A stretch of 20,000 bases of DNA, taken from the IMG/VR virus record IMGVR_UViG_3300035696_002359; one strand, written 5' to 3'. Shown one piece after another: positions 1-7,693 of this stretch. Both the position numbers and the translations under genes were made by a program. The stretch is from an uncultured virus (IMG/VR IMGVR_UViG_3300035696_002359). Its lineage: Duplodnaviria; Heunggongvirae; Uroviricota; Caudoviricetes. Position 1 is the stretch's first letter, and each line of letters starts with the position of its first letter. Under the pieces are notes generated by a model. That model saw only the letters and a list, made by a program, of their open reading frames with translations. It searched no databases and was not told the DNA's origin.

Positions 1-461
1 TGCTAATGCTCATCCACCTTGGCTGGACGAGCACCAGCAGGCCAAGCAATTGTTCTTACCGGATCGGTTCTGGTTGCCTTGCTTTGTTGGTTCCATTGCC
101 GCTCTAGCTATCTGTCCTTCGTTCGGAACGATGGTTTCCCATCGCGCGTCGGGTGCGCCGGGCCGACGCACGCATGGGCTCGTTCGCGCAGCGAAGACGA
201 GTTGCCCTTCTGCTGGTGGGGTCTGGTCGTCTCTCGGCGCGTTTCATTCGCGCCCCATTTTCACGGGTTCTCGGGACTTTGATTGTGAGACGGCAATTCA
301 GGACCGCCGCTCCCCGAAAACTGTTGGAATCACAGCGCCTGAAAGAAGATGTGGCATCAATCGAAGGGTTGTTGACACGCGGCGGCAATTCGTTAGGCTG
401 GAGTAAGCGATAATTGAATCGCAAGCAGGATTGCGTGGTACGATGAAAGGACACATCGCAT

Positions 462-1811
462 ATGACGATGAATTGGACGAATCTGTCTGTCTTGAAGTTT
501 GCCGGAGCTTCCGACCCTGTCGAATTAGTTCAGCAGGCAGCTCGCACGATGGCGCTAAATGCTGCCGAAAATGGCTGGTCTGGGCCGCCGTTTGACCCTT
601 TTGAACTTGCCTCCATTTTGAATTATCGCGTAGTGCCTTCTCAAGGGGTTCGGGATGCAAGGCTCACCCCGGAAGGCACGGGTTATCGCGTGGACTTCAA
701 TCCAAACCAATCGCTTAGACGGATCCGGTTTTCGATTGCTCATGAGTTGGCTCACACACTGTTTCCGGACTGCCGCGCACAAGTTCGTCATCGCCTTCGG
801 TCGGATGCAATGCGGGAAGATGAGTGGCAGCTTGAAATGCTCTGTAACATTGCGGCGGGTGAGCTTCTCATGCCGGCAGGCAACTTGGCGGTCGAGTCAA
901 TGGGAAGGCTTACCATCGACAATTTGCTTGAGTTCCAGAATAGATTCGGCGTTTCAATGGAAGCAATTCTCCTGCGGGTTGTTCGGCTCGAGCGTCGGCA
1001 ATGTGCCGTATTTGTCGCGTCATGCTCTGAGGAGGGATGGGGCCTTGACTATGCGTTGGAAACAAAAGGGGCAGGGTTTGGACTCGGAAGCGGCTTACTG
1101 CTTCCGAAGAATACTCGTATTGCCAATTGTCGTGCCATTGGCTACACGGCGAAAGGTGAGGAAACATGGGTTGAGGATCAAGCGATTCATGTCGAGAGTG
1201 TTGCCATTCCCGGTTACTCAGGCCACAAACAGCCACGAGTTGCAGGAATTGTCTACCGGAAGGGAGACAGGGGGCAAACAACTGCACGCATCACCTTTGT
1301 GATTGGTGACGCTACGAAGCCACACGGAGACGGCCACAAGGTCATTGCCCACATTGTAAACGATGCAGCGACGCGGTGGGGAGGTGCAGGCTTCGCAAAG
1401 GCCATTCGAAGGTGTTGGCCGGCCGCATATGATGAGTTTCACCATTGGGCTGAAACCTATCGTCGACAGTTGCGCCTCGGGCGCACACACGTTTCGCGTG
1501 TCGAGGATGCGATCACCATTTTTAGCATGATAGCTCAGCACGGCTACGGAGAGTCATCCCTTCCGCGAATTCGCTACCAGCACCTAAAAACGTGTCTCTC
1601 AGAACTTCGGGAGTTTGCGAGATCTAACGATGCGTCTGTCCATATACCTCGGATCGGCTGTGGGGAAGCAGGTGGGAACTGGGAGATCGTTCAGGACTTG
1701 ATTCTTGAGTGTCTTTCTGACCACGGTGTGTCGGTAACGGTGTACGACCTAAAGCCTCCATCCAAAGCGACATCCCGGCCAGCGCAACAATCCCTTTTTG
1801 CACACCACTGA
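462..1811 (+). CDS. ImmA/IrrE-family zinc metallopeptidase fused to a C-terminal macrodomain (SCO6735/TARG1/DarG-like ADP-ribosyl hydrolase)
   Basis: 449-aa ORF with GAAAGGA upstream. IrrE motifs: RIRFSIAHELAH (HExxH at 741-755), EMLCNIAAGELLMP and FGVSMEA. From about nt 1290, macrodomain motifs: ITFVIGDAT, IAHIVND..WGGAGFAKAI..WP, MIAQHG, SVHIPRIGCGEAGGNW and VTVYD. Confidence 0.9.
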   Translation: MTMNWTNLSVLKFAGASDPVELVQQAARTMALNAAENGWSGPPFDPFELASILNYRVVPSQGVRDARLTPEGTGYRVDFNPNQSLRRIRFSIAHELAHTLFPDCRAQVRHRLRSDAMREDEWQLEMLCNIAAGELLMPAGNLAVESMGRLTIDNLLEFQNRFGVSMEAILLRVVRLERRQCAVFVASCSEEGWGLDYALETKGAGFGLGSGLLLPKNTRIANCRAIGYTAKGEETWVEDQAIHVESVAIPGYSGHKQPRVAGIVYRKGDRGQTTARITFVIGDATKPHGDGHKVIAHIVNDAATRWGGAGFAKAIRRCWPAAYDEFHHWAETYRRQLRLGRTHVSRVEDAITIFSMIAQHGYGESSLPRIRYQHLKTCLSELREFARSNDASVHIPRIGCGEAGGNWEIVQDLILECLSDHGVSVTVYDLKPPSKATSRPAQQSLFAHH

Positions 1812-1838
1812 TCGATCGTGGGCGAAGTGAGGCAGCCA

Positions 1839-3449
1839 ATGGCTCGAATCATAGTCCTTCTTTCTGGATCGGTTGCATCGGGAAAAAGTACGCTCGGAAA
1901 TCAGCTCGTTAGTGATTTTGGTGCAATACTCATCAAGACTTGGCAGCTTCTTACCGAAATCGATCCCAATGTAAGTCGCGATAGGGAGTCGCTCCAGAAC
2001 CTTGGGGAGAAGCTGGATCAAGAGACGGGGGGGCGGTGGGTTTCAGAGGCTCTTGGCAAGAGCGTATCGCGGTTAGCCGATGACGCGATTATCGCTGTCG
2101 ATTCTGTACGCATTCTTGCGCAAATTGATTGCGTCCGGAAGGGCTTCGGATCGAAGGTGGTCCACGTTCACTTGGAAGCCACGGAGGAGGACCGTAGCAA
2201 GCGCTACGCAGGAAGAAAGCGAAAGGATATCAAGGAATTAGAGACCTACGCGGAGGTTCTAAAAAATGCGACCGAAAGAGACGTTCCGTCGCTCCGTGAG
2301 AAAGCAGACATAGTTATCGACACAACTCGATCTGACGAGAGAGACGTATTGATACGGGCGGCGAGTCATCTTGGCCTCTACGGACGCGGTTGCCACAAGG
2401 TTGTCGATGTACTTGTAGGTGGGCAATATGGCAGTGAAGGAAAGGGCCAAGTGGCCGCGTACTTGTCAAAAGAGTACGACGTGCTCGTTCGCGTAGGCGG
2501 GCCAAACGCTGGCCACAAGGTTTACAAAAGTGATGGTGAGGACACCTTTCATATTTTGCCTTCCGGAAGTCGGGTTAGCACCGCAGAGCTTATGCTGGGA
2601 CCAGGAGCCGTGATTGACGTTGAGACGTTACTAAAGGAAATCAACGCTCTCCAAATCGAGCCAGAGCGTCTTACCGTCGATCCCTATGCCATCATCATTA
2701 CCGACGAGGACAAGGCGGTGGAGACACGGCTTGTCGAAGAAATCGGCTCTACTGGCCAGGGCGTTGGCGCTGCGACTTCACGGAGGATAATGCAAAGGGA
2801 CGGAAGTGTACGCCTCGCGAAAGACACGAAGGAACTAGAACCGTATGTTCGTCCGGCGTGGATTAGGCTCGAAGAGAAGATGCGAGACCCACGAGTTCGT
2901 GTTTTCTTAGAGGGAACTCAAGGCACCGCGCTTAGCCTATATCACGGGCCGTACCCACATGTCACTTCACGGGACACGACGGTTTCAGGCTGTCTTGCTG
3001 AAGCCGGAATCTCACCGGGACATGTTCGTCGCACGATCATGGTCACTCGCACCTTGCCGATACGTGTTGAGAGCCCAAAAGGCAAAGGAAAGACTTCGGG
3101 GCCGATGAAGCAGGAGCTGACATATAGGCAAGTCGCTGATCGATGCCATCTCGCCGAAGTCGATATTCGCAAGACTGAGCTAACCTCAACCACGCACAAA
3201 CCTCGGCGGCTCGGTGAATTTGACTGGGAGCTCTTCAGGAAGTCGGTCTTTTTGAATTCCCCAACTGACGTCGCTTTGACGTTTGTCGATTATATCGACG
3301 CAGTTAACAGGAACGCCAGGCGTTTTGATCAGTTAACTCCAGAAACGTTGCGGTTTATTGAGGAAATCGAGCAAGTCGCAAACGCGCCTGTTTCGCTTAT
3401 TTCTACGAGATTTCACTACCGCAGCATCATTGACCGACGCAACTGGTAA
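1839..3449 (+). CDS. Fusion of an N-terminal P-loop (d)NMP-kinase-like domain and a PurZ/PurZ0-like adenylosuccinate synthetase homologue
   Basis: ATG at 1839 follows TGAGG (alternative GTG at 1818). Kinase part: Walker A GSVASGKS, AVDSVR, HLEA..R..RY, ADIVID. Synthetase part: GGQYGSEGKG, GGPNAGH, IGSTGQGVG, LEGTQG, YPHVTSRDTT, RTLPIRV, ELTSTTHKPRR, LTFVDY. Confidence 0.88.
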   Translation: MARIIVLLSGSVASGKSTLGNQLVSDFGAILIKTWQLLTEIDPNVSRDRESLQNLGEKLDQETGGRWVSEALGKSVSRLADDAIIAVDSVRILAQIDCVRKGFGSKVVHVHLEATEEDRSKRYAGRKRKDIKELETYAEVLKNATERDVPSLREKADIVIDTTRSDERDVLIRAASHLGLYGRGCHKVVDVLVGGQYGSEGKGQVAAYLSKEYDVLVRVGGPNAGHKVYKSDGEDTFHILPSGSRVSTAELMLGPGAVIDVETLLKEINALQIEPERLTVDPYAIIITDEDKAVETRLVEEIGSTGQGVGAATSRRIMQRDGSVRLAKDTKELEPYVRPAWIRLEEKMRDPRVRVFLEGTQGTALSLYHGPYPHVTSRDTTVSGCLAEAGISPGHVRRTIMVTRTLPIRVESPKGKGKTSGPMKQELTYRQVADRCHLAEVDIRKTELTSTTHKPRRLGEFDWELFRKSVFLNSPTDVALTFVDYIDAVNRNARRFDQLTPETLRFIEEIEQVANAPVSLISTRFHYRSIIDRRNW

Positions 3450-3453
3450 TTGC

Positions 3454-4098
3454 ATGAAAGGGCTCGCCTTGCCATTTACGCTCTTACGTTTTGCAGCGAC
3501 TCGACCCTACCTATACCACTTGACGAGTCGCCGTAACTTCGAGTGGCTGCTTCGTGGCCGAGTCATGCACAGCACGGCGGAACTCCTCAGGGCGTCGGGC
3601 AATGAGCAGTGGCTCACTCGAAAGCGGCCCGAAACGGTGACGGTTACAGTGGATGACAGGCTGATCGACCTTCGCGACCAGCAGCCTCTCTACTCCGGAA
3701 AAACGCTTTTGGAAAATGGTTGGACATTTGAGCGTTTGGTTCAGCGACTAAACGAACGAGTGTTCTTTTGGCCGGGTGTAATAGAAGGTCCTGTTTCGTC
3801 CGGGCGACGTCACTATGAGCGGTACGCGGGAGAATCGCCCGTGATTATGCGAGTCAAGACAGAGGATCTCCTTAGCGCGAACGCATGTGCCACCCCGCTT
3901 TTCTGTAAGTACAACTCCGGTTCCCCAAGAACAACGCAGGGAAGGGGTAGTCCGAGAGGCGACAACACTTTCATCGAGTGCCATCGTGCAGCCTATTCAG
4001 CAAGCAACGTTGTCGAAGTGACGTTTCTGCATTCCGTTAAGCTGCCGCAAGCCATCGAGTCTTCCGACAAGCCCAGTGGACCGTGGAAAAGCCATTGA
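3454..4098 (+). CDS. Putative DarT-like ADP-ribosyltransferase-fold protein (DUF7002-like)
   Basis: Starts 4 nt after the upstream stop (ATG 3454, or TTG 3469 behind GAAAGG). N-terminal YLYHLT..N.....G.VMHS resembles the DarT start. LRDQQPL, LNERVFFWP, NSGS and a late VVEVTF provide a candidate catalytic Glu on the last strand. The family call is by recall. Confidence 0.6.
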   Translation: MKGLALPFTLLRFAATRPYLYHLTSRRNFEWLLRGRVMHSTAELLRASGNEQWLTRKRPETVTVTVDDRLIDLRDQQPLYSGKTLLENGWTFERLVQRLNERVFFWPGVIEGPVSSGRRHYERYAGESPVIMRVKTEDLLSANACATPLFCKYNSGSPRTTQGRGSPRGDNTFIECHRAAYSASNVVEVTFLHSVKLPQAIESSDKPSGPWKSH

Positions 4099-4371
4099 GC
4101 CGGCGGGACGCCTTTCGCCGAAGTATCCATGAACTCGCAGGAACTCAATATCACTCTGGACGGTACGAAGATAGGGCGGCAAGGATGCTTGGCCGGACTG
4201 ACCATTAGGCCCGCTGGTGTTTCATCAAGTGATACCTATTCTCGGACATCCCAATACGTGACCGTCTTCTCAGAGCGAAGTGCCGTCGATCCCAATCGTG
4301 GCGCGCGTCGGTCATATTGACGAATGGCACTAGCTTGCCTTTGGGAAGGGACGTGGAGCCAAGTGGAAGCG

Positions 4372-4401
4372 AATGGGGTAATCGCCAAGAAATGGGGTAA
4401 T
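4372..4401 (+). repeat. 11-bp direct repeat AATGGGGTAAT, two copies
   Basis: Exact copies at 4372-4382 and 4391-4401, between the cassette and the rep-like gene. Confidence 0.6.
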
Positions 4402-4510
4402 GAGTGCGGTTCCATTATCGCCACGTCATCATGCTACTCCTCCCTGATCCTATTATCGAAGATTGCTGCCAAGACTTTAGAACTCAAAGGTTCGGCGGCC
4501 TAAGAAAAAA

Positions 4511-4612
4511 GCCCCGTTTTTTTCCGGGGCTCCCCACAATTTCGTGTTTTTCGGCTCAAAAATTGGGCCGAGGACACTACTATATGGTATGGACTCTTCA
4601 GTATATAGTAGT
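4511..4612. promoter_or_regulatory. Cluster of three inverted repeats at the 5' end of the rep-like gene (candidate origin or operator)
   Basis: GCCCCG/CGGGGC at 4511-4530, next to an A-run. TCGGCTCAA/TTGGGCCGA at 4551-4571. Perfect ACTACTATAT (4576-4585) / ATATAGTAGT (4603-4612) enclosing ATG 4589. Confidence 0.5.
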
Positions 4613-6373
4613 AACGCAACCAACAAATCTGCACGGAAAAGAAAGAAAAATCCGGTTTCCCAACTGGCACTCGATTCTTTCGAGGCTTTCAAACCGTTCA
4701 TCAACATCTTCGATCCTGGGACCAAGGACTGGGCTGGCACCGTCGTCCACACCATCACCAGGGAAGATTGGCGGCTTTTCCGCCGCTACAAAGACGGCGA
4801 ACGGAACCTGACCTATCTCGATGGTCGGGAGTTCAAGCCAGGACGGGACATCGTCCAGAATATCTACGGCCCGCGCCACGTTCATCGCCATATCGACGGG
4901 GGCGAAGTCAGTTATTACACCTCGGGCAAGAATGGGCTGGCCTTGGCCTATCTCGACATCGACGCCCATCATCCGTGGCAGACCGACGAATATCGAGCCA
5001 AAGCCGTCCTTGAAGAGTTGTTCCCCTTCGGCTACTTTCGGTGTTCTCGAAGAGGTCAGAACGGCTACCTGAAGATTCGGTACAACACACCAGAAGAATT
5101 CAACGACTTGGCGGATCGGTTGGAGAAGACGCTGGCTCGACTGTTTCTGAGCCGCGGCATCCTGTGCGACATCGAGATCAAGGGGACCATCACCACCGGC
5201 CAGAAATCGGGCAGTCTTGCAAAACCTCCGTTCACAACCAATTATCCGTGCCACAGACGGGATGAGACCGACAGTTGGAACTATCCACAATTGGAGAAGT
5301 TCAAGGCTTGCCCCGTCGTCAATCTTCGTCGAATCGAGTGCATCATTGGACAGATCGAGATCGACGAAGAGAAGGCGGCTGCCTTCGCCAAAGTGAAGAA
5401 GCGGTTGGACGAGGAACACAAAGTCAGGACGGCGAAGCCTGCTCCGTCGCCCCCATCACCGACCATTCTAAAGCCCGTGGTGAAGAACCAGCCCAAACCA
5501 TCTTTGACACAGTGTTCTCTTCGGCTCAAGATGGACCTGTCACCCCAGGGTTCGGACGACGCATTTCGTCGAAACCTTGAAGATATTCGTCTGTTTGCGC
5601 GGGCTTTTTTCTCCGAACACCGCCGTTTTCCGACGACCGAAGAGGCTTTGGAGTGGCTGAGGGACAACAAACGGTACTCCGGCGAATGGGAAGACAACGT
5701 CAATCGTCGCGCCAAACGGGTCGAGCAAATCCTTCAGTTCACCGAGCGGACGTTTGATCCTGACCTGTTGGCCAAGGGGGAAAATCCATCGGTATCGCTG
5801 GAATTGGGTCGGTTCAGTTGGTGGGTTCGGCAGAAGTGTGGCTCGACGATGATAAGGCAGGTGGCGGACATCAGTCGATTTGACGCCGAAACCATGCAGG
5901 CGCCGACCACCACAATCTCGGTTCCAGCCAAATTCGTCGAGACCTTCCTGACTGTGGCTCATTTCTGCCTTTCAACCGACCCCTTGTCCAATCGCGCGGT
6001 CCCAACGAATCGGATCAAGAAGATTTGGGGAATGGTCAAAGATGGAGCAGCTTGGAATCAGAAATACTTCCAAGTTGTTCGGGATCGGTTGAATCGGATG
6101 GGGATCATTTCGATCTTCGATAGGCAACATCATGCTGGAAAGGCATGGAGATGGTCAGTTGGAAACTCCTTCCCTGAACACAGTTGGAAAGAAGACCAGC
6201 GAAAGCTCAAGGAAGAGCTTCGACTGCCAGCAGAACTGGCCAAGAGCTTCGAGGAGATCGTGGCCGTTGATAGTGATAATGATAACAACAACTTACATAA
6301 CACCCTATACCACGACGAGGCTCAGATTTCAGCCGTTTCCGAGCCAGACGAGCAGGTCCGACCTCCTCCATAA
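4589..6373 (+). CDS. Putative replication initiator / primase-polymerase (AEP)-like protein with a C-terminal winged-helix-like region
   Basis: Long ORF (ATG 4589 preferred; frame open from 4544). AYLDIDAH matches the hhhDxD motif I. RCSRRGQNGYL resembles motif II (SxxGxH) but has Asn. A Pro-rich linker is followed by a helical region and a C-terminal FQVVRDRLNRMGIISI..GKAWRW wHTH-like segment. Confidence 0.5.
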   Translation: MDSSVYSSNATNKSARKRKKNPVSQLALDSFEAFKPFINIFDPGTKDWAGTVVHTITREDWRLFRRYKDGERNLTYLDGREFKPGRDIVQNIYGPRHVHRHIDGGEVSYYTSGKNGLALAYLDIDAHHPWQTDEYRAKAVLEELFPFGYFRCSRRGQNGYLKIRYNTPEEFNDLADRLEKTLARLFLSRGILCDIEIKGTITTGQKSGSLAKPPFTTNYPCHRRDETDSWNYPQLEKFKACPVVNLRRIECIIGQIEIDEEKAAAFAKVKKRLDEEHKVRTAKPAPSPPSPTILKPVVKNQPKPSLTQCSLRLKMDLSPQGSDDAFRRNLEDIRLFARAFFSEHRRFPTTEEALEWLRDNKRYSGEWEDNVNRRAKRVEQILQFTERTFDPDLLAKGENPSVSLELGRFSWWVRQKCGSTMIRQVADISRFDAETMQAPTTTISVPAKFVETFLTVAHFCLSTDPLSNRAVPTNRIKKIWGMVKDGAAWNQKYFQVVRDRLNRMGIISIFDRQHHAGKAWRWSVGNSFPEHSWKEDQRKLKEELRLPAELAKSFEEIVAVDSDNDNNNLHNTLYHDEAQISAVSEPDEQVRPPP

Positions 6374-6546
6374 CCTTCCAGTCTTCTTTTCAGACAATTT
6401 CACGATTGAAACCAGCCTCATCAAGACCTGGTTCCGAAGATCCTCTGCAATTTCCTCTTCTTCCGAGCCAATTGGCTAGGTGTTTCCCGTTCGTGCGGAC
6501 CATCTGGTTGGAGTGACTTACCAACCACACCAACGGAAACACGACA

Positions 6547-6858
6547 ATGCCGACCCAAATCGCACTACCGACCTTCAGAGACGCCGACCTCTCGCCAGAA
6601 GAGTTTTCGGCCCAATGGGGAGGCGATCCCGTCTACATGAAGGCGCCCAATCTCCCTGGCGATGGGTATCTGTTCTACAACTTTTCAGTGGAACAGGATG
6701 ATCCCGACTTTCTCCGGCAATTCATTCCGGCCATTGAACGGACCATCCAATTCGTCGAGCGGAATCCCAATCGCTTTCCGCCCGCGAACGAGGATGCCGC
6801 TGATCTGCAAGAGTTCTTGGAGTACGTCAAGGGGCTTCTGGCAGAAGAGGAGGAATAG
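6547..6858 (+). CDS. Hypothetical protein (103 aa)
   Basis: Co-oriented ORF with protein-like composition, preceded by the AC-rich leader motif. Confidence 0.7.
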   Translation: MPTQIALPTFRDADLSPEEFSAQWGGDPVYMKAPNLPGDGYLFYNFSVEQDDPDFLRQFIPAIERTIQFVERNPNRFPPANEDAADLQEFLEYVKGLLAEEEE

Positions 6859-6861
6859 AAG

Positions 6862-7176
6862 ATGAAACGACCTCGGACCCGCAAGATCGTCATGACGGTG
6901 TACTGCCTCGAACAGGATGCTGAGAACGTGGAACGGCAACTCCTCGACGATTTCTTCGCAGGAAATAGCACTTCCCTGGCCAACATCAAAGTTGAGGTTC
7001 TCGAACCGACGCCAGAGGAGGAGAGGGAAGCGTGCGATAGCTTGGACCTGATTCTGGAAGACGAGATCGACCCGTCCGAGTGGACCGTCGAAGATTGCGT
7101 CAACTTCATCGAAACGACATTCGGCAAGAGTATTCTTGTTGGCGCCATGCACGAAATCTCCAACGACGATGTTTGA
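6862..7176 (+). CDS. Hypothetical acidic protein (104 aa)
   Basis: Starts 3 nt after the previous stop, with GAGGAGGA upstream. Confidence 0.75.
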   Translation: MKRPRTRKIVMTVYCLEQDAENVERQLLDDFFAGNSTSLANIKVEVLEPTPEEEREACDSLDLILEDEIDPSEWTVEDCVNFIETTFGKSILVGAMHEISNDDV

Positions 7177-7420
7177 GGGCTGGCGGAACGAGGTTCGTCG
7201 TCGGACCGAAGAGAAGTAGGCCAAATCACCGACTTCTCGCGCGCTCCTTCGTTTCTTCGGACGTTGGAAGCTGTCTAACGTCTCCTCCTTGAGTCCGGTC
7301 TTCCTTGCCCCGCCCCGCCACGTTGGCTGGACCAAGCCGGTTGGCATCGACGGCAGACAAACTGTTTCTTGCCCTCCGTCTTGCCGTGGCGGTTCTGTAA
7401 TGCAGAAAGGGAGCAAGCGA

Positions 7421-7693
7421 ATGCGAAGCGTCATTTATGCAGCCACCCGTTGCGGCTACTGCGTTCAAGTCATCGACGGTGGTGAGATCGTCTACGAATA
7501 CGCAGCGGGCAACCACAAAAGGGAATCGCAGACCTTTGTGGACCCCCGTTCCCCCAACGCCGTCAAGTTGTCCCAACTCAGGCGCTGGGCCAAACAAACC
7601 GCGGACCAGATCGCAGAGGAGCGAGGGGTTCCAACGAACCTGGTCGAATATGATCCCGACCTCGAAACCCAATTGGATGCAATTCCATGTTGA
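7421..7693 (+). CDS. Hypothetical protein (90 aa)
   Basis: ATG 7421 follows GAAAGGGAG. The stop overlaps the next start. Confidence 0.7.
   Translation: MRSVIYAATRCGYCVQVIDGGEIVYEYAAGNHKRESQTFVDPRSPNAVKLSQLRRWAKQTADQIAEERGVPTNLVEYDPDLETQLDAIPC

Noticed and set aside
414..444. Promoter TTGAAT-N19-TACGAT with an extended -10 for the cassette
   Set aside because: The spacer is long and the implied transcription start would fall in the putative RBS. It is plausible but too weak to call.
1..461. Short ORFs upstream of the cassette (19-282, 50-406, 153-413, 104-454) as an HTH repressor gene
   Set aside because: They overlap one another, show no HTH or other motif, and have unconvincing composition.
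1818..3449. Annotating the gene as housekeeping purA
   Set aside because: The catalytic Asp is replaced by Ser, other PurZ-type substitutions are present, it carries a kinase fusion, and the context is accessory.
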